A stretch of DNA of 64,000 nucleotides, from positions 148,428,001 to 148,492,000 of the forward strand of contig OX597816.1 of assembly GCA_951406725.2 (NCBI GenBank). Direction: 5' to 3'. Each line of letters starts with the position of its first letter. Position 1 is the first letter of the stretch. This document shows, one piece after another, positions 14,185 through 27,600 of the stretch. The position numbers and the translations under genes are program-made. The notes below the pieces were generated by a model that was not told where the DNA came from, did not search any database, and worked only from the letters and a program-made list of their open reading frames with translations. The DNA is from Octopus vulgaris. Its lineage: Eukaryota.

Positions 14185-15037
14185 ATATATACATACGTAT
14201 GTATATATATATATTCAGAGAGGGAAAGAGAGATAATACATGCATACGTGCATACATACATGAATATATTTACATCCATTCGTACGTTCATACGTATATA
14301 TACATCTCGGCAAATATTGAAAATGCCCATGCCCCGTATTAAATTAGAGACTCAGCCAAATTTTATTTTCTTGATTTGGTTTGTCAAAACCAACTCAGTC
14401 TGATAGAGGCTGTGTTTCTTCACGCCACACCCACAGCTACACACTACAAGTAACACTATAACAAAGTAGGTTAGTTTAATTTGACTTAATAAAGAAACGT
14501 CTCTTTTTCCCCCTTTCTGTTTTCTTTTTTATCAAAAACTGTTTGTCAGAAAATATTGGTACAAAGATCTATAGAGTGACAGATGGAGATGGAGAAAGGG
14601 AGAAGTGTTGTTTATTAATAGAAGACATCACCATGTAGATTTTACGTTAGCAAATATCCGAAAATCTAGCACCCGACATGTTTTTTTCGAGACATTTAAT
14701 AAACTTCTTCAAACTTTGAAGCAGTTAAATTTCAAATCAACAATAGGATTCAGGAAATAGTCCAAATAGCGTTCGATTTCATTATGTTAAGGGTATTGTA
14801 CAATGAATATCAAAAAATACAAAATGAATCAAAGGGAAATAACCAAACTAGGAGAGCTGTGTGAACTGAGACAAATAAAATATGTAATAATGTATTGATT
14901 CATGTATTCTAAATATTCTTAATGCTTTTAACGTGTTTCTTTTAGTTCCTTTTATTCCTACACTTGTTTCAGTCATTGAACTGCAGCAATCCTTGAGCAT
15001 TGCTGTGATGGATTTGGTCGGCCCCAGTCATTCTTTG

Positions 15038-16093
15038 CAGCGGCCAAAAGTTAAAGGTAACTCTAATGAACTACTAATCGAGGTATTTGTTGTTTAGAAG
15101 ATTATTAATGAACAAACAGTTTCTTCTTGCGATCTTACATTATTAGAACATTTAACTTTCAACATGGCGGCTTGTGAGAGACGACAGGTGTCTTGTGATG
15201 AAAAATAAAGGATTATGCGCCTTCACCAAGAGGGAATATCAAATTCTGTGATAGCAACAACTGTAGGAAGGTCTAGATGTGTTGTGCAACGAAATCGACA
15301 GATGCTAAACCCAAAAGCGGTAGACCGCGTAAAACTTCACCAAGACAGGTTCGTATTATGCTTAGAATGTCACTAAAGGGTAGCTTTAAGAGCGCTGCTG
15401 AGATATCCCGCGAGTTTAGCTCCACTTCTGATGTCAACGTATCGTGCAACGCAGATTCATTTTAGCGATCAATCGAAGTTTAATGCGATTGATTCCGATG
15501 GCGGGATGTACGTCCGCTTAAGAAGTGGCGAAAGGTTATCTTGTGCATGTGTGAAGAAGACAGTGAAATATGGAGGAGGCAGCGTAATGGTATGGGGTGT
15601 GATCTCTGCTGCTGGTACTAGTCCACTTATTAGCCTACAAGAGTCTGTCAATGCTGAAATCTACAAACAGATTCTTAGACAGCATTCCCTTCCACATCTG
15701 AGTTCAACCTCCCATTTTCGTAAAGGACAATGCTCCCTGTCACATTGCGAAGAGAGTCAAAGATTCTTTGAGTGATAAAGGGGTTGATATCATGGACTGG
15801 CCACCTCAAAGTCCTGATCGCAACTCTATAGAAAACGTTTGGAAGATTATTGGAGATGGGGCGCGAAGGAGAAATTCAAAGAACCAAGATGAACTCTGGG
15901 AATTATTGAAAAACGAATGGAACAATATTACTCCATCATTTTGCAAGAAATTAATTCCGTCTGGTGGTAACAGATGTCAAGAGGTCATTGAGAGTAAAAA
16001 AATGTTCACAGAATATTAATGGTAAGGGTTTCTTTTTTGTTCTTGTTCCATTTTTCATTGTTTTTCTAAGTGACCCTTAACGTTTGTCCGTTG
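15038..16093 (+). mobile_element. Tc1-family (DD34E) transposon, decayed with an internal deletion
   Basis: Transposase remnant 15164-16019: KSGRPRKTSPRQVR, FSDQSKFN, TVKYGGGSVMVWG, MDWPPQSPDRNSIENVW. Inverted repeats CAGCGGCCAAAAGTTAAAGGTAACT and AGTGACCCTTAACGTTTGTCCGTTG. Confidence 0.9.
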
Positions 16094-16294
16094 AAATTTG
16101 GAAGATTATTTGTTTTTTTCCTCATACGAAATATTCCATTACACTTGTTCTTACTGACCCTTATATTATAAGGGTCGGTATTATGCATGTATATATGTGC
16201 ATATATATATACATATAAACTCAAACATGTGTGATTGTGTGTATATATATAAACTCACGCGTATGTATATATATGTGTGTGTGTGTGTGTGTAC

Positions 16295-16490
16295 TGTGTA
16301 GCTCTTTGTGTCTGCTTCTCATCGCTTGACAGCGGTTTGTTTATGGCCCCGTAACGTAACGTTTCAACAAAAATAGATATTCGAACTAAGTGCAAGATTA
16401 ACGATATCTACTAAAGCGAGTTGATTGACTAAAATTTTCGAAGTGTATCCCTAATATGCCTACAGTCCAATGACTGGAAACAAGTAAAAA
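16295..16490 (+). mobile_element. SINE family A 3' half, diverged
   Basis: CGCTTGACA...CCCCGTAAC...CAGTCCAATGACTGGAAACAAGTAAAA. Confidence 0.6.
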
Positions 16491-16924
16491 AAAAAAGACT
16501 TAAATTAATTTTAATGTTATTCATTTTCATTCGGGGATCAAGGGATTTGTTTCAGTCTTATTGTACCTCTTCAGCAAAGCATTGCCATATGCTTTTTAAC
16601 CAGTAAGCGAAAATAAATTATGTGAGGGAGAATATGATCTCAAATATCTGAGCACTATACACTGAAATGGTTCGTATAACCGTTGAGGAGTTTATTTCTG
16701 GAGGATTCACAGCTGGTTGTGCCGAAGTGTATCAGAACACAAGTGGATGTATACGGTTCATCTTCTTTGGCCAGTCTTTCATTTTATTCGTGCTAAAGAT
16801 ATTAAATATTCAACTACGAAATGATGTAGATAGATATTCATACGTTGTGATGGATATAGGTGTTAGAGAATGCATCGGGAAATTTCAGGATCCGGTTCTG
16901 TCATTTGATGCGTTTACAGCGCTC

Positions 16925-17002
16925 TCATTGCACTGGTGGATACATGTATTTCGAAGTAGTTATTCATTGCACTGGTGGATACATGTATTTCGAAGTAGTT
17001 AT
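16925..17002. repeat. Perfect 39-bp tandem duplication
   Basis: TCATTGCACTGGTGGATACATGTATTTCGAAGTAGTTAT twice (16925-16963 and 16964-17002). Confidence 0.95.
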
Positions 17003-17018
17003 CTTCTCGTCAGCATCA
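16975..17018 (-). ncRNA. Degenerate minimal hammerhead motif at the 3' end of a probable old PLE (about 17030-17950, minus)
   Basis: Minus strand CTGACGA-GAAG-ATAACTA-CTTC-GAAA-TACAT-GTA. Stem II is perfect and stem I is poorly paired. Confidence 0.6.
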
Positions 17019-20000
17019 GATACCTGAGAAAGGCAACTCTGAACTGTAAAAACTAGGTTTCTTTTAAATAATAAAAACAATAAGTATTATTGCCAGGTAA
17101 TGAATTTCGGCCGCCAAGCCGAAATATATTCACATGTAGATGCGCTATGCAGTGACTATGAGGAAACTAAACTTACCAAATGTTCAATTATATTTTATAG
17201 ATATTTGAACTCGAAAAAAAGGTTTCCACTGCAATTTGTCATGACGAAATATTCTCGCAGGAAACAAAAATGTCAGAAAACACGAAGGCATAACAAACTA
17301 CAGTGAAAAACCTTTTCACGAGCTCAAATATCACTGAACATATTTGAATTGCTATCAAGTTTAGCTGTATATCATTTTTCAGTCTTTCTTTGTACAATAA
17401 TTATCATCTGATAGCCAATTCTGACAATGCATGTCTACTCAGATTATATTACTATTCGTTTCACATTTTCCGAAGTCAGGTGTCATCCACACGCAGCCAC
17501 AATATCTCATGCTAGACTTGTACGGCTTATGCAACAGTGTCGTCGTAGATCTTCCCTTGTACAGATAACATCCTAGTCTCCTTTAAACACACCAAACACA
17601 ATCAATGAAATTACACCTTCTCTAATCAGAACCAGTTTGCATCAAACCTCACTTCTGACTGCTAACTCCTCTCAATGATATAATATTTTTAAGCTAACTA
17701 CCTATCTAAACTTATACTTAAACAGCTTTTTAAAGGCTACATAAAATATTCCAACATTGATCAAGAAAGAGTAAGTGCAAACAAGATAAAAGTATTGTTT
17801 AAATGTTTGAGACACCCGTACTGCTGTAATCAGAATTGTATTATCGAAAACAACAAAAGTGTGATACACAACAGACTTTCATGGTTCCGCTAGTATTTAA
17901 CATTTTTGAATTTCAAAATTTTCTTTTTGCTCAAATGCCAAAAATAATACTATGACATTTAACGTGAAAATGTAGGCTTCATTTTTGTATGTATTAAGGG
18001 GCATGACCTGAAAGAAGAAAAAAATCAGATAGGAACATATGGTGATAATGAAAACGAGAGGAAATTTAAATTATAATAAAAAAAATATTACAAACTGATA
18101 AATTAGGTTTTAGGGTTCAAGCCGTGCTTGTGTTAATTTAAATGTCAAGGGTTAGTTATATTAATAATTTCTATCTGTGCTCGTTTATTTATTTCTTTAT
18201 TTTGTGTGTGTGTGTGTGTTTATATCAATCTCTGAATGTTGTTCATATGCTTATATATACATATATATATAGAAAGAGAGGGAGAGACACGCATACATAT
18301 GGAAAAACTCGTTTTCTAATTAGCCAACGATATTTGTAACAATATCTTTATATTGATATGTGTGTGTACATAAGGATGTTTGTCAGTATGTTTGTGTGCT
18401 GCGCGAGTGTGTATATCTCAGCCCGTATGTATGCATTACTACATATATATATATATATGTATATATATTAATGTATGTAGGTCACAAATTTTTGTTCTGT
18501 TCAATAATGTATTTATGATTACTGCAAAATACAAGTTCCCAGAGAGTTTGCGTGTTGATTTCTATTCCTTGCTCAAACCAATTCATTTCACTAACACCTT
18601 TAATACTCATGATAAAACTATGACAGCCATGCAATCACATTTTCCATTGCTATAAATTTTTGGGTAAGTGCCTAACTAAGCAATCAATACTGACTTTGTG
18701 AGCGGCGATTGATGTTGTGCTCAATTCCAGTGCCGGTAGACAACATTGACAAGAATGTTTCGGTTCACAAGAGAAACCAATAATGGTTTCTCATATACAA
18801 CGTCGCCCGTGGATACGACATTCTTTATGTGAATTCAAAAAGTAATTATTGACTTCTTAGATGAGCAGTGAACAAATTTATTGAGTATACGTTTGTCGCA
18901 TTTTCCATGTATAAGAAATCAATGGTCACTTTTTGAATCTATATAGGGACAGTATTATATCTACAATATCTACTAACTAATGTGTTGCATTATAAGTACA
19001 AATTTATTCGTGATACAAATACAGTGTCTCATATGCGAATGTGTGTGTATGTGTGTGTGTCTGTGTACATGTGTGGGCGTGGGCGTGTGAACACATATAT
19101 AGAGAGAGAGATGCACATATGTATATATGTGGATGTATGCACACACACTCACACGTATACACAAACATGCATACACATACACACGCACGCATGCACGCAC
19201 ACACATACACACATATATATATAGCATCACGGTGACATGGTAATTCTGGATTCTCGATTCTCGATTCTGGAAAAGGTGAACAACGTAACGCATTCATAAA
19301 GAGTTGAAACTCCCAACCGGAAATGAAGCATCTACCTTTTGTATGAGTAGGCGAGATTTAGTAAAAATAATACTTATTGGTAATCGAATAATGTTAACAA
19401 CAATAAGAAAAATAATTCTTTCATTACCCTCAAGACCCCAAAAATGATACGGATAATACAAATGATAGGGCACAACAGAATTACATGAAAGAAATGTAAA
19501 AAGAATATAACAATAATAAAACGTCATAGAATCCACCCCATCGGGGAAAGTCTACTTGATTATAGGACTTCATAGATCCTAAATTGCTTTAAATATAAGT
19601 AGCCTTCCTCGGCAGTTATTTCGCAGCCAAGAGGTGTATAGAGTAGACCTGTTCATTCGAACTATTTTCACCCAAACTCTAGCCCAAACTTCAACAAATT
19701 AAATGGAAAAAAGCATCTTCATTTCCAACATCGCCTTCCACTTTGAATGAATTCAAAGACGCCGTTAAATCCATGGCCGAAGTGAGATGTATTCAGCATT
19801 TTTCAGTCGCATTCATCACAAAGTTTCTTCCGCGATAGCTAGATGACAAAGAAACAAATGTCTATTCTGTTCAGTAAACGAAGAAGGTGAGTTGATGTTC
19901 ACGTTTAACTTGAACAAGTTGATCACTAACAATATTCGTGCTACATAGAAAAAGGACAATTAGTAAAAATAAATACCCATACATACCTTGCACCTATTTT

Positions 20001-20096
20001 CTTTCCTCGACCTCACGCTCTATTTTCTTTCCTCGATCTCACACTCTATTTTGTATCACATCTAAACTAACTATGACTTAACTATCCTCTCACACC

Positions 20097-20148
20097 GTCT
20101 CCGATGAAGGGATATAATTAATAAATATTCTAGAAACAGCTGTAAGAC
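20097..20148 (+). ncRNA. Minimal type I hammerhead (core variant CCGAUGA) about 60 nt upstream of a (TA)n tract
   Basis: GTCT-CCGATGA-A-GGGATAT..ATATTCT-A-GAAAC-AGCT-GTA-AGAC. Stem I gtct/agac, palindromic stem III loop AGCT. Confidence 0.8.
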
Positions 20149-20203
20149 CTTTTATCTATAAAAGTTCTAATATTTACACAGCCTTGGTATTTTTATCTTA
20201 TTA

Positions 20204-20255
<52 letters not shown>

Positions 20256-20259
<4 letters not shown>

Positions 20260-21317
20260 GTTGGCAACTAAGTTCCCGCGGTTTTTTTAAATTTTGGAAT
20301 CTATTTTGTTTTTTTCTAGTTAATTTTAGTTAATTTTTTCAGATTTATTTTCAGATCGTTAAAATGGAATGTCAAGTTAAGAAAAACGAGCATTTTTGAC
20401 ACCTCCTTCTTTTTGCTTTTAATCAAGGTCCCAAGGCCGAAAAGCTACTCGCGACATTTGTGCTGTGTATGGAGAGGGTGCCATAGCTGAAAGAACCGCT
20501 CGTGATTGGTATGCCAAGTTCAAAAATGGAAATTTTGACCTCAAAGACAGCACCTCGTACTGGCCGTCCAGTTGAGTTCAATGAAGAGCGATTAAACCAA
20601 ATTTTGCACGAAATTTCTCGTCAAACGACAAGAGAACTGGCAGAGAAAATGGAATGCTCCCACACTGTTATAGAGAAGCATCTTCACTCGATTGGAAAGG
20701 TTCAGAAGTATGGAGCATGGGTTCCGCATGCTTTAAGTGACAACAACAAAAATCAACGAGCTACATTCTCCGCTGGTTTGCTTGCTCGTCACCACAAAAC
20801 TCATGGACACAAGCAACGATTTCTTTACCGAATCGTTACTGGCGACGAAAAATGGTGCTTGTACTTCAATATGAAGCAGCGTAAGGAATGGCTTTGCCCC
20901 GGTAAACAAGCGACACCGCGCGTGAAACAAGATCTTCATCTGCGTAAAACGATGTTGTGCGTATTGTGGGGCTGGGAAGAGATTATCTATTACGAATTGC
21001 ATGAACGGAACCAAACGGTCAACGCAGAACTCTATGTTCAAAAGACGGAACTACTCAACACGGCTATTCAAGAGAATAGACCTAATGGGCAGCATGGAGT
21101 TCTTCTGCTGCACGACAACGGCCGCCCTCGTATCGCCAATATGACCAAGGAAGCCATTCAACCGCATGGCTGGTAAGTGCTGCTACACCCGACGTATTCT
21201 TCTGATTTAGCACCAACGGATTTCCACCTCTTTCGATCTCTTTCAAATGCTATGCGCGGAGTTTCGTTCAATACTGATGCAGAATTGCGAGCTTGGTTGG
21301 ATCAATTTTTCAAGTCG

Positions 21318-21320
<3 letters not shown>
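20256..21320 (+). mobile_element. Mariner transposon (mellifera-like TIR), well preserved, 3'-truncated
   Basis: TA|TTGGGTTGGCAACTAAG left TIR. Transposase from ATG 20364 has a stop at 20397, a frameshift and a stop at 21174. Motifs WVPHAL, IVTGDEKW, LLHDNGRP, HPTYSSDLAPTDFHLFRSL. Ends in (TA)n before the right TIR. Confidence 0.95.
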
Positions 21321-21359
<39 letters not shown>

Positions 21360-21676
21360 TCTATGTATGTATGTATGTATGTATGTATGTATGTATGTAT
21401 GTATGTATGTATGTGTGTATGTATGTACGTACGTATGTATGTATATATATATATATATACACGTGTGTGTGTAGGAATTTATATTTAGTCACAAGACTAA
21501 ATTTGCAGCATTAGATAGGTCGAGAAAACTTTTCTCTGCCCTTTGTTTATCGACTTCATTGGGACTAGAAATCCGAAAGGAAGCTACGAATCTAGATACC
21601 CAAAAGCTCTTTAAGGATTCTATCACATTTTTAACACTGATATAATTAAGAAATGACTATTAAGGAATGACACAAA

Positions 21677-21890
21677 GACGGTGAACAGGGTGAATCGCCA
21701 ACACTCTGGGAAAATGCTCAACGGCATTTCGTCCAACTTTACGTTCTGAGTTCAAATTCGACCAAAGTCGGCTTTACCTTTCATCTTTTAGGGTTCGATT
21801 AAATAAATACCAGTTGAGCACTGGAGTCGATGTAATCAATTTAAGCTCTCCCACGAAATTGCTATCCTTGTGCTGAAATTTGAAGCTACT
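21677..21890 (+). mobile_element. SINE family B
   Basis: GGCATTTCGTCC...TTTACGTTCTGAGTTCAAATT...ACCAGTTGAGCACTGGAGTCGATGTAATC...AAATTTGAA. Homologous to 32534, 40880, 41375 and 49560. Confidence 0.8.
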
Positions 21891-22384
21891 ATTAAAGAAT
21901 GGTATAATCCATTGTCTAATGGTGGATTTGAAGAGCCGTAGCTAATGTAAAATAATTTACTTGTCGTTCACCTGATTCTGCAAGATTCTGGTTAAACATT
22001 AACATATTCAATTTCTTGACTCATATTTAATACTGCAGTAAAATATAAATATCGGGGTGATAATAACCAAATCTAAATATCTTTAGCAAATGAAGTTGCG
22101 ATGAAAAATTCGTTATTAGTTTATCATCCTAATTGATTTTTAAATCAAATATTACTAGTTTGTTCCAATCCTAATTTACTTTATAGCGGCAGTATTACTA
22201 CTAGTACTACTAGTACTACTACGCAGTGACATTAAATGTGCTTTGAACAAATTAATAGCACAAACATTATTCTTACACTATCAGAAAATCAAGCTCAGTG
22301 ATGTTCCATATAAGCACACGCACACACTTGCACACACGTGTATTTGTGTGTGTGTGTATTCGTATTTGTGTACTTGTGTTATAA

Positions 22385-22426
<42 letters not shown>

Positions 22427-22610
22427 CCTCTCTTTCGTGCTTCTTCCTGAAAATTATTTTTTGTTGGCTCTTCTGTAAATTTTACGAATTCATATTTGAT
22501 TCCGTCTTATTTATACTTTGCCCAGGGCAGACTTTTTCACATTTTATTATTGTTAACCTATGCTATTGCTTCTCTCACAACTCTAAATTCTTCAATTCAT
22601 CAACCATTTC

Positions 22611-22649
<39 letters not shown>

Positions 22650-23649
22650 TCTCTCCCTCTTTCCGCTTTCGTTTTTCCCTTCGATCTTGCGTTCTGCTGC
22701 AGCTTTTCCCATAAGGCCGCTCACTTTTCTGTTCACGTCCTGTTTCTCTCTATCCTTCTGCCTTTCATTCCTAGACTAGTGAATCGTTCAGTTGCGTTTC
22801 CCTTTCTTCTTTTTTTTTTTCAACTTTCTGTTCTCTTATACTGCCGGTCAAAAGACTTAACAGCATTTATGTTTGTCTTCACGTTAATTCTTGCATGCTC
22901 TGGTCTCGTTTGAGTCATAAGACTGCATTTCCTATTTGTACAACCCTGGTCAAAAGTCTATTTATTGGTCTTGGTGTGCTCTGTTCTTGTATTGTTTATT
23001 TTTATCGTCTTGTCTTGTAATATTCATACTTACCCCATCGTAAGGCATTGATGTATTCACTGTTTCTCTCAGACTTCTTTTTTCACTTATTTATTACTCT
23101 GTTCGGTAAATTTACGAGTTCATTTTTAGTTTTTGTCATTTTTATTATTTGCTCAGAGCAGATTTCTAATATGCACACATACACACATACACACACACAC
23201 ACATCTTTTGAATATGTTTATATATAAAGATACTTTTATAGATAAAACTCTGCGTGTGTGCGTGTGTGTGTGTGTGTGTAAGAGCCATTACCAAGTGAAA
23301 TATTAAAACGACGAAAGCAGACCGTAACTCGTAAAATTCACAGAAGAGTATCTAAGAAAAAAAAGAGACGTTTAGGATGAAGGAAGGAACTGTGAAAATA
23401 TAATGTAATACGATAAGATTTTACTGGAAAAGAGGAAAAGACAATCATAAAAGATGCGCAATTCCAAATACTACGGTAAAATAAGATATGAACAAAGTAA
23501 AGCTATTCATTAGCTGTCAAGTAAACATTTTCTGTGGTGTCAAAACACTTTCTAACAGGAGCACGGTTTTTGATAGCTGTAGCTTGGAGCTTTCAAAGAT
23601 AAATATAAACAACATGGTGACGATATATATTTTTTTTATTCTGTCCTTT

Positions 23650-23895
23650 TATAATTTTACTTATTTCAGTCATTGCGGCCAGGCAGTAACAAACATTTGT
23701 ATGGCTTCGTCGATCAAATCCTCACATAGTACTCGTGTTCAATGAGTAACAATGCTAAGAAAATGACGGTAGAAAGTAGAACCAGTATATAAACGATAGG
23801 CTTCCGACGAGTTTCCGCCTACCACATTTACTGACAGGGCTTTAGTCGGTCCCGCTTTCTAGTAATAAACGCTTGCTTGTGGTACCTCACAGTGA
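23650..23895 (-). mobile_element. SINE family A, heavily diverged
   Basis: TTTCAGTCATTGCGGCCA...AGTTTCCGCCTACCACATTTACTGACAGGGCTTTAGTCGG. Confidence 0.55.
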
Positions 23896-24409
23896 TATGT
23901 ATATACATAATGTTCTAGATTAGTGGGGAAAAAACCCAACTTTGTCAAACTGATGAGAACTCTGCAGTTACACCATCCGGACTCAAATTTTAGACTTCTG
24001 CCAAAAATGATAAGCCAATTGACTCAAACATTTTAGGGTTATGTTGCTAACTACTGGACCAATCTTAAGAACCAATCCTTTGAACAGCCCTAATCAGAAT
24101 ATTATAGCTAGAAGCTATCAGAGGCACTTCTAAATATCTAAAGTATTCAACGATTTCAGCATGTAATAAGGTACATATATGCAATGACATCCATGCCTGC
24201 ACCCCTGTGCATGTGCACATACATTTTTATATAGATACACGTGTGCATGCATAAATATATAGATATATACATACATGTAAATCGATCTCTTTATGTTGTC
24301 TAAGTTCCAATCAAAGAAACTCGCTCTTTGGTTACAAACCAGTTCCTTCTCCATTAGTGAGAACTTCTAAAATTAAAACCAAGGGAGTATATGTTCTTTC
24401 GTACGTACG

Positions 24410-24494
24410 TACATACATACATACATACATACATACATACATACATACATACATACATACATACATACATACATACATACATACATACATACAC
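24410..24494. repeat. (ACAT)n microsatellite
   Basis: About 21 units. Confidence 0.97.
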
Positions 24495-24516
24495 ATAAGA
24501 CCACAAGAAAACATAG

Positions 24517-24645
24517 CACCAAGTTGATACATTGCTTTTTCGTAGATGATCTGAACCTATATACCAAGAATATGGGTGAGAAAGAAACTCTTGATCTAGT
24601 TACAGTATTCTTAAAACATGTAGAGATAGAATTTGCCCAGGGTAT
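24517..24645 (+). pseudogene. Short non-LTR RT fragment (Dong/R4-like)
   Basis: [18 protein letters not shown]...[15 protein letters not shown] resembles the HLxFVDDLKLY catalytic motif. Confidence 0.6.
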
Positions 24646-27600
24646 ATCTTCTTACACAGATGTAAAATGGAGTTGATTTGCAATCCCTTTTCGTAATATT
24701 AATATCAATGGCCTGACTATTTCTCCGATGTTGGAAACGGAATCTCTCGGTATAGCTAAAAATCATTCTTTCTCCAGATAAATTTTCTGTTTCCCATTTG
24801 CGCATCACCAATTAGATTATTGATAACCTTTGCATTAGCCAAATGTTGAAATCTGCGTTTAACAGAGATGCAGCAAGCCTAAAGTTATCAATCAGACCTT
24901 CCTTTTGGAGGTTTTTCTCACTGCTCTTCGACTCACAGATCTGCTACTAGTTGCATAGAAACCTGCCAAGACGTTTGCTAACAACTCTGACATGTAAAAG
25001 TAAAGCTCGTAAAGCAAAATCCTAAACCAATCGATTTATCCTTCATATAGACAGCAGCCGTTGCTTCCTATATTTCCGCAACTGTATTTGTCTTTTCGTA
25101 ACAACCCCTCTCATGCCGAGTGTCGTGGTAAGCACTGAAATCCATTCTACGTTCCAGTCCGCCACTCCTCCTGGACACTCAAACAAATTGCTGCTTAAAA
25201 CTGCATACATCTGCACTGGGTTGAGTAACATGTTATCTGCCATGTCTTCGTAGCAATACCAATTTGATGACAACGGATGATTGCGTCTAGTAATAGGAAC
25301 GTAGCGTGTGGGGTTTAAACGGTGGCTCTACTGTGGAATTGCTTTTTCTCTGAAAGAGAATAGTATTTCTCATAGACCAGCCTTTTGAGTAAGCATCCCT
25401 AAAAATACCTTTTGGTTCGAACACATGATTAGCACCAATGCCACAGTTATGTATCGCTGCCAGCTCTCTGGAACTATTTGGATTCGAAACATCAACATCT
25501 TGGCTGATAATAGATTCATGGGTCTTTTGTGGCACACCAAAAAAAGAGTGATAAATTTACTTAACAATGGATGAACGCGCACTATATACAGAGAGAAAGA
25601 GATTGCTTTTGGTTATGATTAGCAAATATAGTTGGATACGTATCAAGATCGATTGAAATAGTAATAGCAATAAATTATATGCAATCTACAGATCGCTTCT
25701 TGTTTGATACATTTCTTAATAGAAAGAATAAAGATTTATTTATCTCAATTTATTTCTTCCGTATTGCATACAACCAGCTTAACTTTGTTCATATCAGAAC
25801 AAACGTCTCCATTTATTGCCTATTATATATACACAATGCAACGTTATCCTAATACAAAGACGATAAAAACTGGCCCCTTTCATATCTGTTTAGACAGTTA
25901 GATAGATTGATATACATATATAGGGCTATTATTATATTTTGGTTTGCTTGCTTGTTTATTTTTGAACGTTATAAAACAAGATTGTTTATAAACGACATGT
26001 ATATATGTATGTTTGTATATGTATATTTATATATATGTGTGTGTGTGTGCATGCGTGCGTGTGTACATATGCGTGTTTGAATGTATGCGTGTATATATGT
26101 ACGTACATATGTATGTATAGTTCAGCTTTTCTAGATAAAGTAGAATTATATTTAAAATAAACATTACAAGTTGTTTCAATCGACGCAGACAAGAAAACAA
26201 AATAAAAAGAGGTCAGAAAAAAGTAGAAATTAAATATATTGAAAGATTCTCCAGGGGATATCAGATGGAATAAACAATATAAATGAAAAATAAATCAAAA
26301 ACATTTATAGATTGCGTAGATTCGTTAGCATTGAATTATAAAATATTGTTTTTATGTTTGAATGATACATAATTAAGCTTACCAACAGACAATCTACATT
26401 ATATTGTAGGTTCTTTGCTAGGTCCCCTGTAGTGGCTTAATCCTGAAAGCGCATTAGTTTTAAGTAATACGAATAAGAGAAACACAGTTTAATCGAAAAG
26501 GAAACAAATAAAAGCATACATTAAGAAAATATAGAATATCTTCGTATATAAATTCGTCATTGTAATCTTATTTTTATGTCCAAAAAAATCGAACATAGCT
26601 TTTCTCTCAAACTGTGAACACAGCAAGAAGTAGTTGGTCTTTTTCGAGTGTCTTTGTTCTTTGTTTGATCGCTACCATTGCAGAATTTTTCTGAATCTGG
26701 ATTTCTTTCTGCCTTATGTCAAAAATAATCAGCATATTAAGTAATATAACTTCTAGACATGTGAATTGTTCTTCTGGAATGTATATTGAATTTGAATGAC
26801 AACCCCCCCCCCCAGTTCTACACACAGATAACGTTGTCACGATATCACTTCTTTCTTTGGCTGAGGAGTTATGTTCTTCAATATCACAGTCAAAACTTCA
26901 AGTATTGAACTGGGGTTTATAAAAACAGAATCTATGGAGAATGGAACCGATAACAAACTCACGCGATAATGTTTATAGCTTTCTTCTTGAAATATCAAAA
27001 TATCAAAATATGCCATGTTGCCGCTTGTTTTTGATATTTTCGAATATTTAGTCGTTGGAGAGAAACAGTGCTCATAATACTGATTGTCATTCCTTGAGAC
27101 TTTGTCTAAACTATGATTAATGCCTGTAGCGGAAGCGGTGTCATAGAGAGAATCCCAAAGAGTTGTAATTTCAGGCAGAAACGGTTGGATAAACTGTTGT
27201 ATGTAGTTCGTAAGTTCAGACGCAATATTGGTGACAAAAAACGTATCTGCAGATGGGTTTGTCTGGCAGTTGTGTATAGCTTGTTAGCTCAAAGTAGCAG
27301 GTATTATAATAGAACAGATGAAACACTCAGAAAATATATAAGGTTTTGGGCTAGTGTACGTAATGTGCTTGCGAGTGAAAGTCTGCCTATCTGTCAGATG
27401 ACCTTCTGCAATTTAAATAGAGAATATTTGTGTTTGTAAAAATGCTTGCCTGCGTCAGTATATCAAGAATGTTGTGTGTGATTTCATTACACCCAAGATA
27501 TTTCATCAGGACTCTCATGGAAATTGCACTAGTACTTTAGTACTTCATTATTATTTTTCCTTTTCAAAAAGACTGATGAGTGCACCGAAACTGTTCAAGA

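Noticed and set aside
16543-16578. Minus-strand CTGAAGA-GGT..ACT-GAAAC
   Set aside because: Only a 3-bp stem II, no GUH and no stem I pairing. It may be a decayed HHR but is unsupported.
19250-20000. Possible decayed PLE body upstream of the 20097 hammerhead
   Set aside because: Position is suggestive, but no RT or GIY-YIG motif could be read confidently.
23944-23980. CTGATGA followed by a small hairpin
   Set aside because: No GAAA or GUH follows.
24660-25580. Cluster of short minus-strand ORFs, considered as a DIRS/Gypsy remnant or host exons
   Set aside because: No convincing motif or splice pattern.
27570-27600. CTGATGAGTGCACCGAAACTGTTC hammerhead-like string
   Set aside because: Core words are present but stem I does not pair and stem II is minimal, so it was not counted.
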